Shown: positions 30,778 to 41,256, counted from the first letter of the stretch. The stretch: 64,000 nt of DNA from a bacterium (GCA_963674695.2 CAXXGI010000003.1:192001-256000), one strand, 5' to 3'. Notes: generated by a model from the letters alone, not told the origin. A program made the numbers and translations.

Positions 30778-32085
30778 CTATCGCTGCAGGATCTCCCGCG
30801 TCAGTTTCTTTCCTAATTCCACGCCAGGCTGGTTGAAGGGGTCGATCTCGTAGAGCGCGCCGGCAAATGCGGTGGCGACCTCGTAGAGCATGAAGAATTC
30901 ACCCAGATGATGCGCATCGATTTGCGGAAAGGTGACGGTCATGTTGGGCCGGCCCATCTCGGTGAGCGCCCGCGAGGTGGCCACCTGTTCTGCGCGCAGG
31001 ATGCTGCCCAGGTCGTGTCCATTGAGGTAGGAGAAGGCCTTCGGCGCATCACTGATGCGCGTGGCCTCGGCCGGGGTGCGAAATTTCTCGACTCCGACGA
31101 AGGTGAAAACCTTGTCCGCTGGTCCCTCCATATAGAGCTGCACCTGTGAGTGCTGGTCGGTCGTGCCCACCGCACGCACCGGTGTCTGCCCGCGCCCGGA
31201 TTTTCCGAGGCTCTCGGCCCAGAGTTGCGCATACCAGTCTGCGGTGAGCATCAGGGCGTCGGAGTAGCTGAACATGACGCTCATGTTTTTCCGCTTCGCG
31301 GTGTCGAACTGATAGAAGGCCGCGCCGATATGATAGCCGGGATTGGTTTCGAGCGAGGGCTCCGAACAGCGCGAGGCCATCGCCCGGGCGCCATTGACCA
31401 GCTCTTCGACATCGATACCGACGCAGGCGGCGGGGAAGAGCCCCACCGGCGAGAGCACGGAAAAGCGTCCGCCGAGTTTGGGCGGAATGGAAAAGGCGGT
31501 CAGCCCCAACTCGCGCACCATGGGGCGCAGCTCGCCCGCCTCGGGGTCGGTGATGATGACGACGTTCTCATGCCAGTTTTCACCCAGCAGGGCTTTGAGG
31601 TGATCGAGCACGACGAGCAATTGCGCTGCCGTCTCCGTGGTGCGCCCCGACTTACTGATGATCGTGAAACAGGTCTTTTCGATGTCGATGAGCCCCAGCA
31701 ATCCCGAAAAACTCTCCGGATCGATGTTGTCGCAGACGAAAAGGCGCGGGCGTCCTTCGCGGCTCTCCTTCGTGCGCAGGTTCCAGTGAGACGGCAAGAG
31801 GGCCTGGGATGCGGCGCGAAGTCCCAACGCCGATCCACCGATGCCGAGTACGACGACGTTATCGAAGCGCTCGCTAACCTCTGCCGCCTTTTCTGGAATG
31901 CCGCTCAAGAGGCAGTCTTCGTCGACGATGTCATAGAAGAGGGCATCGCCGCTAGCGCGCCATTTCTCGAGTTGTTCGTGAGCGGCGGTTGTGCGCGAGA
32001 TGAGTGTCGCCGCGTCTTCCTTGGTGATGCCGTTGTCCGCGCCCACTGCGTCGGCGAGCACATTCGTAAAATCGATTGAAAGCAT
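30778..32085 (-). CDS. pgi: Glucose-6-phosphate isomerase
   Basis: GIGGSALG, ISKSGRTTET, GGRFSVLS, QLWAESLGK, DQHS, PFNQPGVELGK. Confidence 0.96.
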   Translation of the reverse strand: MLSIDFTNVLADAVGADNGITKEDAATLISRTTAAHEQLEKWRASGDALFYDIVDEDCLLSGIPEKAAEVSERFDNVVVLGIGGSALGLRAASQALLPSHWNLRTKESREGRPRLFVCDNIDPESFSGLLGLIDIEKTCFTIISKSGRTTETAAQLLVVLDHLKALLGENWHENVVIITDPEAGELRPMVRELGLTAFSIPPKLGGRFSVLSPVGLFPAACVGIDVEELVNGARAMASRCSEPSLETNPGYHIGAAFYQFDTAKRKNMSVMFSYSDALMLTADWYAQLWAESLGKSGRGQTPVRAVGTTDQHSQVQLYMEGPADKVFTFVGVEKFRTPAEATRISDAPKAFSYLNGHDLGSILRAEQVATSRALTEMGRPNMTVTFPQIDAHHLGEFFMLYEVATAFAGALYEIDPFNQPGVELGKKLTREILQR

Positions 32086-32105
32086 GTTTTTCTCCTTCCG
32101 AACGG

Positions 32106-32243
32106 TGTCATTCCCGAATGATGGTATCGGGAATCTCGCTTGTTGCGATGTTACTCACGAGTGCAATCGGGATCCCCCGCCATCAAACCGGCGGGCAGGC
32201 CGATAGCACCACTCCCGCCGGAGGCGGGCAGGCGGGGATGACA
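32106..32243. repeat. REP/dRS3-like paired palindrome, copy 4, with nested cccgcc/ggcggg hairpins
   Basis: tgtcattcccga...tcgggaatc...ggggatgaca. Confidence 0.75.
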
Positions 32244-32246
32244 ATC

Positions 32247-32399
32247 TCACGTTTCGGTTTGGGTGATCATCGTGCGCATGACCTCGATGATGTCGAGCAT
32301 CGCCATTTTGATGGTGGAGGGATCCTGCATCGGGTGTCCCTTGGCGGTGATCGCCTCTTCAATGCGATCGAGTTTCTCCTGCAGTTCTTTCGGGTTCAT
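32247..32399 (-). CDS. Small hypothetical protein (50 aa)
   Basis: MNPKELQEKLDRIEE..., preceded by AAGGA, co-oriented in the operon. Confidence 0.6.
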   Translation of the reverse strand: MNPKELQEKLDRIEEAITAKGHPMQDPSTIKMAMLDIIEVMRTMITQTET

Positions 32400-32410
32400 C
32401 GCACGTCCTT

Positions 32411-33517
32411 TCAGACCCAAATAGAGGGGCGTTCGCGCAGGCCCGCATCGAGCATGCACTGGATGGTGTTGCGGATGCGTTCGGCGTGTCGGTCGACGAG
32501 CGCGCGATCTTCGGCATCGGTTTCGGAGAAACCGGAAAAATCGACGGTCTCGCCGAAGGTGATCTGCCATTTGCTGGGCAACGGCACCATTCCCAACGGA
32601 CCCAACCAGGGAAAGGTTGGGGTAAAGGGGATGAAGGGAAGCCCTAGCGGTTTGGCGAACGATTGCGATTTCCAGATGATGGGGTGAATCTCTTCGGCGC
32701 CGATGATGGAGACGGGGACGATGGGAACGCCCGTGCGCATGGCCAACCGCACAAACCCCCCGTGTCCAAAGCGTTTGAGGCGGTAGCGTTCATCATAGAG
32801 TTTGCCGATGCCGCTCACGCCTTCGGGGAAGACGACGATCGAATCGCCCGCTGCGAGCAGTCGGCGTGCATTCTCCTGGCTGGCCGGAACGCCGCCCGTG
32901 CGCTGTACGAAGGTGCCGACGAGCGGGAGCGTGAAGACAAAATCATCCACCAAGAAGCGCACGTCGCGATTCGAGGGGTGTTCGTTGTAGAGCGCCAGGT
33001 GCACCATCGTGCCGTCGTAGGGGAGCGCGCCCGAGTGATTGGCCACGAAGATCACAGGACCTTTTTTCGGGACGTGTCGCATGCCGCTCGTCTCGACACG
33101 GAAGTATTCGAAATAGAGGAACTGAAAGAAGGGGCGGATGAAATCGAGAAAAGCGGGGCTCATCCCAAACGGGTCGCTGTCGGTCGGCTCCGACCAGCAG
33201 CGCTGATGAAATTCGGAGAGGGGCTTTGAGGCCTTTGCGACCAATTGCTCCCAGCCGCCATCGCTGGCGCGGATGAAATGATGCATGAGCCGGGTGACGG
33301 TGGGCGAGTGCTCGATGGCGCCGATGATCTGTTCGAAGAGGGTTGCGTGTGCCGAGCGACGCGGTGCGGATTTCTTTCCCCCCGACTTCTTTGGATTTGG
33401 TTTCTTTGAAGATGGGGCGGCGGCGCGTCGAGGACGCGCGCGACTGTTCTTCGAAGGCGCTTTGCGATGCGTTGGTTTTTTGGGGGCGCTTGTGGCGCGT
33501 TTGGCCCTCGGACTCAT
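32411..33517 (-). CDS. Lysophospholipid acyltransferase (PlsC family) with basic N-terminal extension
   Basis: ANHSGALPYD (HxxxxD), VFPEG, GFVRLA, PIVPV, GAEE. Start at MSPRAK. Confidence 0.9.
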   Translation of the reverse strand: MSPRAKRATSAPKKPTHRKAPSKNSRARPRRAAAPSSKKPNPKKSGGKKSAPRRSAHATLFEQIIGAIEHSPTVTRLMHHFIRASDGGWEQLVAKASKPLSEFHQRCWSEPTDSDPFGMSPAFLDFIRPFFQFLYFEYFRVETSGMRHVPKKGPVIFVANHSGALPYDGTMVHLALYNEHPSNRDVRFLVDDFVFTLPLVGTFVQRTGGVPASQENARRLLAAGDSIVVFPEGVSGIGKLYDERYRLKRFGHGGFVRLAMRTGVPIVPVSIIGAEEIHPIIWKSQSFAKPLGLPFIPFTPTFPWLGPLGMVPLPSKWQITFGETVDFSGFSETDAEDRALVDRHAERIRNTIQCMLDAGLRERPSIWV

Positions 33518-33957
33518 GAACGGCTCCATCGGGCCTTGTGGTAGACATACCAGGTGATCAACAGGATCAGTCCATCGACGGTGACGCCCACGAGGGCGAA
33601 GAAATGACGTGCGCCGAAGATCAGGCAGAGCGCAAACCCGACGGTCGTGACGAACTTGGACAGGATCACGGGGCGGGCGTAGCCGATGTTGCGATCCGGC
33701 TGGTGCTGCGCAATGGCACAGAGATATCCGATGACGGCGAGCATCGACACGGCCAGCACCTGCCAGAAGTGTTCGGCCATCTCCGGAAGCGGAGGCGAAT
33801 GCCAGCCGAAGATCCCGCGGCCGATGTCGTCCAGGTAGACCAAGAGCGTGTGGGGAAGCGCGGCGAAGAGGATTGCCGCTCCGAGAAAGAGGACGATCCA
33901 GACGCGCATGACGCCGATGAAGGTGCGCTCGTGTTTGGTGTAGGCGGAGAACTTCAT
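33514..33957 (-). CDS. Hypothetical membrane protein (about 4 TM)
   Basis: Four hydrophobic segments; ATGA overlap with the downstream gene. Confidence 0.7.
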   Translation of the reverse strand: MKFSAYTKHERTFIGVMRVWIVLFLGAAILFAALPHTLLVYLDDIGRGIFGWHSPPLPEMAEHFWQVLAVSMLAVIGYLCAIAQHQPDRNIGYARPVILSKFVTTVGFALCLIFGARHFFALVGVTVDGLILLITWYVYHKARWSRS

Positions 33958-34024
33958 GATCGCTGGATGCTCGCAAAAATGAGGGGCGGAGTCAATTCCC
34001 ATCTGTGCGATATTGAAGGTGAAA

Positions 34025-35395
34025 TTACTTCCGAATCTCCTTCGATATTCGCATGGCGCAGAATTTCGGGCCGCACATGGAACAGACCCGGGACTCGGGA
34101 TTCGGGTTCTTGGCTTGGCAAGAAGTCGTTTCGCCCTTCACCCCTCGCCCTTCGCCCTTCGGAACGCGGGCTTCCTGCCAGTATTCCTGGGCGCGGTCGG
34201 GGTCGAGCACCAGCTCGAACTGGCGTTCCCAGTCGAAGGCAAAGCGGGCCCGGGAGAGTTCGTCGTCCCGGTCGCGTGCGCCCGGACGGCCTCGGGCGAT
34301 GTCGGCCGCATGCGCGGCGATCTTGTGGGCGATGACCCCTGCACGCACATCCTCGGCATCCGGCAGGCTCAAGTGTTCCTTCGGCGTCACATAACAGAGC
34401 ATGGCGGCCCCCGAGAAGGCGGCCATGGTGCCGCCGATGGCGCTCACGATGTGGTCGTAGCCGGCGCCGATGTCGGTGACCAGCGGCCCGAGCACGTAGA
34501 AGGGGGCGCCGTCGCAGAGCTCGATCTGTTTCTGCATGTTCATGGCGATCTGGTCGAACGGGATGTGCCCCGGGCCTTCGACCATCACCTGCACGTCGGC
34601 CGCGCGCGCGCGCTCGACGAGTTCTCCCAAAACGGCCAGTTCCGCAAACTGCGCTTCATCGGAGGCGTCGGCCAGGGAGCCGGGCCGCAGCCCGTCGCCC
34701 AGGCTGAGCGCCATGTCGTATTGCCGGCAGATCTCGAGCAGACGATCGAAGTGCTCGTAGAGCGGGTTTTCCTTATCGTTGACCTCCATCCATCGCGCGG
34801 TGAGCGCGCCGCCCCGGCTGACGATCCCCGTGGTGCGCGTGACGGCCATCGGCACATGCCGGCGCAGGAGGCCGCAGTGCACCGTGACGAAGTCGACCCC
34901 CTGCTGGGCGTGTCGCTCGATGACCTCGAAGAACGCATCCACGGTGAGTTCCTCGATCTGGTCGACTGTTTCGGCGGCTTCATACATCGGCACGGTGCCG
35001 ACGGGTACCGGGCACTGATCGACGATCGCACGCCGAATGCCGTCGATGTCCGTTCCCGTGGAGAGATCCATGATCGCATCGGCGCCATACTTCACCGCAA
35101 TATCGAGCTTGGTCAGCTCTCCAGGACGATCGGAAGTGATGGCGGAATTGCCGATGTTGGCATTGATCTTACAGGAGAGGTTCGCTCCGATGCCGACCGG
35201 TTTGAGATGAGGATGGTTGATGTTGGCCGGGATGATAACGCGACCCGCTGCAATCTCCGCGCAGATGTATTCGGGATCGAGCTTCTCGCACTCGGCCACG
35301 TATCGCATCTCTTCCGTGACGATGCCGCGCTTGGCATAGTGCAGCTGCGTCTTGATCGGGTCATCTTTTCTCGCTTCGATCCACTCATGTCTCAT
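34025..35395 (-). CDS. thiC: Phosphomethylpyrimidine synthase
   Basis: [52 protein letters not shown]. Confidence 0.97.
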   Translation of the reverse strand: MRHEWIEARKDDPIKTQLHYAKRGIVTEEMRYVAECEKLDPEYICAEIAAGRVIIPANINHPHLKPVGIGANLSCKINANIGNSAITSDRPGELTKLDIAVKYGADAIMDLSTGTDIDGIRRAIVDQCPVPVGTVPMYEAAETVDQIEELTVDAFFEVIERHAQQGVDFVTVHCGLLRRHVPMAVTRTTGIVSRGGALTARWMEVNDKENPLYEHFDRLLEICRQYDMALSLGDGLRPGSLADASDEAQFAELAVLGELVERARAADVQVMVEGPGHIPFDQIAMNMQKQIELCDGAPFYVLGPLVTDIGAGYDHIVSAIGGTMAAFSGAAMLCYVTPKEHLSLPDAEDVRAGVIAHKIAAHAADIARGRPGARDRDDELSRARFAFDWERQFELVLDPDRAQEYWQEARVPKGEGRGVKGETTSCQAKNPNPESRVCSMCGPKFCAMRISKEIRK

Positions 35396-35411
35396 GTATG
35401 CGCCTCTCTGT

Positions 35412-35517
35412 GGTGTTACCGTTGCCGTTGTTGTTGTTATTGTTGTTGTCGTTGTTGTTGCCGTTTCGCCCCTCACCCTTCGCCCTTCACCCCTCGTCCT
35501 TCACCCCTCGCCCTTCG
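35412..35517. repeat. GTT/GCCGTT simple repeat followed by a 7-bp CGCCCTT/CACCCCT tract between thiH and thiC
   Basis: Read directly. Explains the poly-Thr false N-terminus of the ThiC ORF call. Confidence 0.8.
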
Positions 35518-36624
35518 TCAAGCGAGGTGTCGATCCCAATCCTTCCAAACCGGATCGTATCCTTTTTCCCGTAACATGCGCGCCACCGCATCGGGCGATC
35601 GCTCGTCGGCGATATGAAACTGTTCCTGGTCCGCCGAAGGCGCGACCGACTGCGTATAGCCGCCGGGGGCCGTGGCCGATCCGGCGCTCATCTGCGTGAC
35701 GCCCAGCGGGAGCAGCCGATCCCGAAGGGAGGCGGGTTCACGCGTGGAGAGAACGATGCCGCAGTCGGGAAGAGATAAACGCAGCGCGCAGATCATGTGC
35801 GCCAGATCCCGGTCGGAGGTGGGGCTGGGCATCTGAAAATCAGAGGCACAGTCTCGGATGCGCGGCACGCTCACGGTGATGTGCGCTTGCCAATAGCGTT
35901 TCATGAGGGCGCGCGCATGTGCGATGAGTTGGAGCGCCTCCGTGCGCCAGTCGGAGAGCCCGAGCAGCGCGCCCAGTCCGAGGAAGCGCATGCCCGCCGC
36001 ACCCGCCGCATCGATGGCGTTCATGCGGGAGGCGAAGATGCTTTTGGGCCCCGTCGGATGCATCAGGGTATAGGTCTGCTCGTCGTAGGTCTCCTGATAG
36101 AGCGTGACGCCATCGACGCCGGCTTGGGCCAATCGCCGATATCCCGTCTCGTCGAAGGGCTGCACTTCGATCGCGAGTCCCGCCGCCTTCGGACGAATCG
36201 CGCGCGCGATCGCTTCGAGCAGGTCCAGGGGGACGGCCTTTGGATCCTCGCCCGCAACGAGCAGGAGGTGACGGTGGCCTTGTGCCAAGAGCGCTTCCGC
36301 CTCGGCGATGACCACATCCGTCGAGAGCGTCGTGCGAGGGGTTGCATTGCACCGGTTGAACCCACAGTAGCGGCAGCCGTTCACGCAGCTGTTCGAGATA
36401 TAGATCGGGGCATAGAGTTTGATCGTCCGACCGAAACGCTTGCGCGTCAGCGCATGCGCGGCCTGCGCCATCGCTTCGAGGTGTGCGTCGGCGTCGTTCG
36501 AGAGCAGCGCAGCGACCTCTGCGAGCGAGAGGTTTTCATCGCCCAAACGCGAAGCGACGCGCGACCAGGGAAGGGGCTTGGTCGATTCAATTGTATCCAA
36601 GAATGTCATGGTGCATGCATTCAT
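35518..36624 (-). CDS. thiH: 2-iminoacetate synthase (radical SAM)
   Basis: YAPIYISNSCVNGCRYCGF, YQETY, STRE, SAGS, QFHIADER. Start uncertain (36624 or 36609). Confidence 0.93.
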   Translation of the reverse strand: MNACTMTFLDTIESTKPLPWSRVASRLGDENLSLAEVAALLSNDADAHLEAMAQAAHALTRKRFGRTIKLYAPIYISNSCVNGCRYCGFNRCNATPRTTLSTDVVIAEAEALLAQGHRHLLLVAGEDPKAVPLDLLEAIARAIRPKAAGLAIEVQPFDETGYRRLAQAGVDGVTLYQETYDEQTYTLMHPTGPKSIFASRMNAIDAAGAAGMRFLGLGALLGLSDWRTEALQLIAHARALMKRYWQAHITVSVPRIRDCASDFQMPSPTSDRDLAHMICALRLSLPDCGIVLSTREPASLRDRLLPLGVTQMSAGSATAPGGYTQSVAPSADQEQFHIADERSPDAVARMLREKGYDPVWKDWDRHLA

Positions 36625-36643
36625 ATTGTCTTCATATTTCGAG

Positions 36644-37441
36644 TTACGAGTCACGAGTCACGGCCGTCGTCTCTTCGTTCAAGAAGCCGGTGAGCGGGCT
36701 CGAGGCGCTGGCCCTGTCGTTCGCCGGGGCGAATCCCGCTTCAAACGCGATGCGCCCCGCAGAAACACCCTGTGCAAACGCCGCTGCCATCGCGATGGGA
36801 TCCTCGGCGATGGCGATGGCGGTGTTGACCAGCACCGCGTCCGCGCCCATTTCCATGGCCTCGGCCGCATGCGAAGGGACGCCCAGCCCCGCGTCGACGA
36901 CCACCGGGATGGAGGCGCCCTCTATGATGATACGGATCGCGTCGCGCGTGGTGACCCCCCGGTTGGTCCCGATGGGGCTGCCCATGGGCATCACCGTGGC
37001 GCAGCCGACGTCTTCGAGCCGTCGGGCCAGAACCGGATCGGCGCCCATGTAGGGCAGGACCGTGAACCCCTCTTTCACCAATGTCTCCGATGCAGCGAGT
37101 GTGCCGACCGGGTCGGGCAGGAGGTGGCGCGGCTCTGGCACGACTTCGATTTTGATCCAGTCACCCAGCCCCGCCTCCCGCGCGAGGCGTGCGAGCATCA
37201 CGGCTTCATCGGCGCTGCGTGCGCCCGAGGTGTTCGGCAGGAGCTGATACTTTTCGCGATCGATGAAGGCGAGGATGTCCTCGGCAGGCTTGGTCAGATC
37301 CACGCGTCTGAGCGCCATCGTTACAATCTCGGTCTGCGACGCTGCGAGTGCATCGCGCATTGTATCGAGCGATGCAAACTTCCCCGTCCCAACCATGAGT
37401 CGCGACGAAAATGTTTTTCCAGCAATGGTCAGTTTCGACAT
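36644..37441 (-). CDS. thiG: Thiazole synthase
   Basis: [42 protein letters not shown]. Confidence 0.97.
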   Translation of the reverse strand: MSKLTIAGKTFSSRLMVGTGKFASLDTMRDALAASQTEIVTMALRRVDLTKPAEDILAFIDREKYQLLPNTSGARSADEAVMLARLAREAGLGDWIKIEVVPEPRHLLPDPVGTLAASETLVKEGFTVLPYMGADPVLARRLEDVGCATVMPMGSPIGTNRGVTTRDAIRIIIEGASIPVVVDAGLGVPSHAAEAMEMGADAVLVNTAIAIAEDPIAMAAAFAQGVSAGRIAFEAGFAPANDRASASSPLTGFLNEETTAVTRDS

Positions 37442-37531
37442 ATTTTGATTCCTTCGCTTTTTGAGCTGTTGCGCCCTTCGTATTGTCTTTCGATTTTGCG
37501 CCCTTCACCTCTCATCCTTCGCCCTTCGTCC

Positions 37532-37732
37532 TTACCCCCCTCCAATAGCCCTCATGACCTCCACGCGATCGCCATCGGTGATCGCGTGATCCGCATGCTG
37601 CTGGCGCGGCACGATCTTCTCGTTCACCGCCACCGCCGTCCCTTCATGCGGAACGTCGAGTTGGGTCAGGAGTGCAAGGACCGTGATCGCATCCTCGATT
37701 TCATACGATGTGCCGTTGAGGGTGATGTTCAT
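37532..37732 (-). CDS. thiS: Sulfur carrier protein
   Basis: 66 aa, AVAVN...DGDRVEV, C-terminal GG. Confidence 0.95.
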   Translation of the reverse strand: MNITLNGTSYEIEDAITVLALLTQLDVPHEGTAVAVNEKIVPRQQHADHAITDGDRVEVMRAIGGG

Positions 37733-37741
37733 AAGCCTCGT

Positions 37742-37918
37742 GGTTTCGTGAGATGGTGAGATCGTGAGATAGCTAAATCGCTAAATCGCTAGATAGCTAG
37801 ATAGCTAAGAACAACAACCTGAGCTATCTTCTTGCTCTTTAGCGATCGAGCCATCAAACGATTCAGCCATCTCACGATCTCGCTATCTCACCATCCAGCC
37901 ATCTCGCCATCTCACCAA
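37742..37918. repeat. Inverted microsatellite element, GAGATGGY family, inside the thi leader
   Basis: Left arm gtgagatggtgagatc...agatagct; right arm gccatctc units. Confidence 0.85.
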
Positions 37919-37920
37919 AT

Positions 37921-37946
37921 AAAAAACGCACCCTTCGGGGTGCGCC
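37921..37946 (-). terminator. Riboswitch-controlled intrinsic terminator
   Basis: Minus strand CGCACCC-CGAA-GGGTGCG-T6. Confidence 0.85.
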
Positions 37947-37965
37947 ATGGGCCCGTCTTGTGCAG

Positions 37966-38058
37966 CGTCGTCTCCCTTCGCCGGCATTACCCGGATCAGG
38001 TTCAAGGGTTGCTCCGAAATGGTTTCAGAGCTCTCAGCGTGGCGCACCCCTGTCGACG
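37966..38058 (-). ncRNA. TPP riboswitch
   Basis: Minus strand AGGGGTGC...CTGAGA...ACCCTTGAACCTGATCCGGGTAATGCCGGCGAAGGGA upstream of thiSGHC. Confidence 0.96.
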
Positions 38059-38105
38059 AAGCTCTCCTACAGGGCAGGGGCAGTGCTGTCAAATGGATGT
38101 TGGGA

Positions 38106-38924
38106 TCACACAAACAACAACAGGCTCACGGCCATGACGGCCATACCGGCGATGAGGCCGGCGATGGCGTGGTGGTGTTTGCCGTATTCGCGTGCGGCGG
38201 GCAGGAGTTCGTCGAACGAGATGTAGACCATGATGCCCGCGACACCGGCGAAGATGACGCCGAAGAACACCGGCGTGATGAAGGGGCGCAGGATCACATA
38301 CCCCAGCAGCGCGCCAACCGGTTCGGCCAGCCCCGAGAGGAAGGAATAGGTGAAGGCCTTGGTGCGGCTGCCGGTGGCGTAGTAGATCGGCACCGAGACG
38401 GAGATGCCCTCGGGGATGTTGTGGATGGCAATCGCCACGGCGATCGCGAGCCCCAGCGCGGGGTCGGAGAGCGCCGCGATGAAGGTCGCTAGCCCCTCGG
38501 GAAAGTTATGGATGCCGATGGCCAGCGCGACGAACAGTCCCGTGCGATGGAGTTTGCGAAAATCATCTTTGGCCGAAACATCGGTCATCGCTTCCGGTGT
38601 GTGTACCTCGTGCGGGTTCTCCTCAGATGGAATGAGTTTGTCGATCAGCGCGATGAGTGCAATGCCCCCGAAGAAGGCGACGACCGTCCAGAGGTATCCC
38701 GCGCGAGGGCCGAGTTCGCCGACGAGGCTCGCCTTGGCCTTGAAGAATATCTCGATCATCGAGACGTAGATCATCACGCCCGCGGAGAATCCGAGTGCGA
38801 CGGAGAGAAAGGTCTTGTTCGTGCCGCGTCCAAAGAAGGCGATGATGGAACCGATGCCGGTGGCCAGCCCGGCGAAGAGGGTAAGCCCGAAGGCGAACAG
38901 GACGCTGTGGGTGGAAAAATCCAT
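38106..38924 (-). CDS. zupT: ZIP-family zinc transporter
   Basis: [42 protein letters not shown]. Confidence 0.93.
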   Translation of the reverse strand: MDFSTHSVLFAFGLTLFAGLATGIGSIIAFFGRGTNKTFLSVALGFSAGVMIYVSMIEIFFKAKASLVGELGPRAGYLWTVVAFFGGIALIALIDKLIPSEENPHEVHTPEAMTDVSAKDDFRKLHRTGLFVALAIGIHNFPEGLATFIAALSDPALGLAIAVAIAIHNIPEGISVSVPIYYATGSRTKAFTYSFLSGLAEPVGALLGYVILRPFITPVFFGVIFAGVAGIMVYISFDELLPAAREYGKHHHAIAGLIAGMAVMAVSLLLFV

Positions 38925-38977
38925 AAAGGCCGTTACTCGTTACTCGTGTCACGTCAGATTTATGGATAGTGTTGTTT

Positions 38978-39084
38978 ATGTCATCCCGACCAAGCGAGCA
39001 ACACGAGCGCGTGGAGGGATCTCATGAGATTCCTCGACTTCCGAGCACTCAACGCCTTGAGTGCTCTATCGCTCGGAATGACAT
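38978..39084. repeat. REP-like paired palindrome, copy 5, flanked by TTACGAG/CTCGTAA-type tracts (38931-38955, 39110-39151)
   Basis: atgtcatcccgacc...gagggatct...gctcggaatgacat. Confidence 0.7.
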
Positions 39085-39133
39085 GCTACGACGATGTCCG
39101 CGGCATATGGTAACTCGCCTCTCGTATTACGAG

Positions 39134-39913
39134 TCACGAGTTACGAGTTACGTCGTAACTCTCCCCCGGCTTCAACAGATGAATGCGTGCGCCCAGTTCC
39201 GGGCGTTCTTCCACAATCTTTGCGATCCATTTCGCCGGTGCGTCGGGCGTCTCCAGCGAGAGACGGAAGGTGCCGTGATGAATGGGGACCATCTGTTGCG
39301 CTTTCAAATCTTCGAAGGCCTGCACGGCCTCGGCCGGCGTCATGTGGCTCGACTGCATCAGCCAGCGCGGTTCATATCCACCGATGGGTAGCAGCGCCAG
39401 ATCGATCGCCTCGAGATTTCCCGCCTGACCGAATTCAGGGCCATAGGCGGAATCGCCGCAGAAGAAGACCGTGCCCGTTTTTCCCGGTTTTCGAATGAGG
39501 TAGGCGCTGGCATTGGTGGTAAACGGACGGATCGGAATGAGGGAGCGGTGCGCGACCGGCAGCGCCGTGATCTCGGTGCCGTCGGTGAGTTCGTGCACGG
39601 CAAAGGGCGCCAGTTCGATCACGGGGTTGGTGATGTTGCGTCCCACCTTGCGCCATTGCCCCTCGGGGACGATCAGCGGGACGTTACAGTCGATAAATTT
39701 ATAGCTCGAGACGTGAAAGTGATCTCGGTGCGTGTGGCTGATGAGGATCGCCGACGGCTGCGGGAGTTCCTGCTGTTTGAGGGGCAGCTCCTGCAGGCGC
39801 GGCGAAAAAAGGACCCGTCCCCCGAAATGCGGGTCGGTCAGGATCGTCGTTTCGCCCATGCGCAGCAGGGTCGTGGAATGTCCGATGTAAGTGCAGGTAA
39901 TTGTTTCATTCAT
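39134..39913 (-). CDS. MBL-fold metallo-hydrolase (UlaG/NAPE-PLD-like)
   Basis: IGHST, LTDP, SHTHRDH, FCGDS, LPIGGY, PIHHGTF. Confidence 0.9.
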   Translation of the reverse strand: MNETITCTYIGHSTTLLRMGETTILTDPHFGGRVLFSPRLQELPLKQQELPQPSAILISHTHRDHFHVSSYKFIDCNVPLIVPEGQWRKVGRNITNPVIELAPFAVHELTDGTEITALPVAHRSLIPIRPFTTNASAYLIRKPGKTGTVFFCGDSAYGPEFGQAGNLEAIDLALLPIGGYEPRWLMQSSHMTPAEAVQAFEDLKAQQMVPIHHGTFRLSLETPDAPAKWIAKIVEERPELGARIHLLKPGESYDVTRNS

Positions 39914-40038
39914 AGGGTTTGCTCTCCTAACGGTCTTGGCCGAGAAGTGCAATACCTTTGACATCGATGGAGGGGCTTTGCTAAAAGCCCGCATCTCATA
40001 ATGGCTTGAAACAATTGGGAAATTCTTCTGTGGGACCC

Positions 40039-41190
40039 ATGATCGATCATGAATCCTATCGCCCCACGCGGGCGGGTGTTGACCTCGATGCCCTGGTGCA
40101 CAACCTGCATGCGGTACGCGCGCAGCTTCCGAAAGAGGCCGGCGTTATGGCCATGGTCAAGGCCGATGCCTATGGCCATGGGGCGGTTCCGGTGGCACGC
40201 GTCCTGCGGGATGCGGACGTACAGGCCTTCGGCGTGGCCACCGTTGAAGAGGGCGTCGAGTTGCGCAAGGCCGATATTTCGCTGCCCATCGTCATCATGG
40301 GGGGGCTCATGGGTGCGGGCGCGCCTGCTGCCGAGCGGATGATCGAGGCGGATTTGACCCCGGTTCTGCACTCGGCTGGAGGCCTGGCCACCGTCGAGGC
40401 CGCGGCGAAAAAGGCGGATCGCACCGTTTCGGTTCACCTCAAGATCGACACCGGGATGAGCCGTCTCGGTCTTCGTCCCGAGGCGTTGCCGTCATTTCTG
40501 GACGCGCTTGCGCATGCATCGCACATCGAGATCGAAGGGGTGATGACGCACCTGGCCGATGCCGGCGAGGAAAAGGTCTGCGTCGAACAGCTCGAGTCGT
40601 TTGCCGCCGCGCGCGCCTTCATCGAAGAGGCGCTGGGCCCCGTGCGCATCTGGCATGCGGCCAACAGCACGGCCGTCTTTCACCAGAGTGCCGTCGCCTT
40701 CGCGGGCGCGGCGGAGATTTGGGTCCGACCGGGCCTGGCGCTCTATGGCGACAACACCGGTTTTCACGAATGTGCAGAGCTCAAGCCCGTGCTCTCGCTC
40801 GTGAGTACCGTGGCGCTGCTCAAACGCGTGCCCGAGGGGACGCATGTGAGCTATGCGGGCACCTTCACCACCGCGCGCGCCAGTCGTCTGGCGGTCGTGC
40901 CGATCGGTTATGCCGATGGCTATCCCTGGTCGGCATCGGGGCGCGCGCAGGTCCTCGTGCGGGGAAAACGCCTGCCGGTGGTCGGCCGCGTGACGATGGA
41001 CATGATCGTCGTCGATGTGACCGACCTGCCCGAGGTGCATGTCGGCGATGAGGTGGTGCTCTTGGGTGAGCAGGGTGATGATGCGATCGTGCTTTCCGAG
41101 CTTGCCGATTGGGCCGGGACGATCACCTACGAGATCCTCACGCGCATCTCAAAACGAATGCCACGCGTATATGCTGGTGCTCTTGAATGA
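40039..41190 (+). CDS. alr: Alanine racemase
   Basis: VKADAYGHG, HLKIDTGMSRLG, MTHLA, VRPG, IGYADG, GRVTMD, TITYE. Confidence 0.97.
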   Translation: MIDHESYRPTRAGVDLDALVHNLHAVRAQLPKEAGVMAMVKADAYGHGAVPVARVLRDADVQAFGVATVEEGVELRKADISLPIVIMGGLMGAGAPAAERMIEADLTPVLHSAGGLATVEAAAKKADRTVSVHLKIDTGMSRLGLRPEALPSFLDALAHASHIEIEGVMTHLADAGEEKVCVEQLESFAAARAFIEEALGPVRIWHAANSTAVFHQSAVAFAGAAEIWVRPGLALYGDNTGFHECAELKPVLSLVSTVALLKRVPEGTHVSYAGTFTTARASRLAVVPIGYADGYPWSASGRAQVLVRGKRLPVVGRVTMDMIVVDVTDLPEVHVGDEVVLLGEQGDDAIVLSELADWAGTITYEILTRISKRMPRVYAGALE

Positions 41191-41250
41191 TCTTACGATC
41201 TTGCGATGAAGCCATCTCACGATTAGGCCATCTCACGATCTCGCGATTTT
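41190..41250. repeat. GCCATCTC/CACGATCT tract (single arm of the GAGATGGY family)
   Basis: cttacgatcttgcgat...gccatctcacgattaggccatctcacgatctcgcgat. Confidence 0.7.
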
Positions 41251-41256
41251 AGGAAT

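Noticed and set aside
35396-35476. Poly-Thr N-terminal extension of ThiC, and similar extensions of purQ, purE, mlaF, tsaC and the FHA gene in the ORF track
   Set aside because: They arise from reading through intergenic repeats. Downstream ATGs match the family N-termini, several with clear RBSs.
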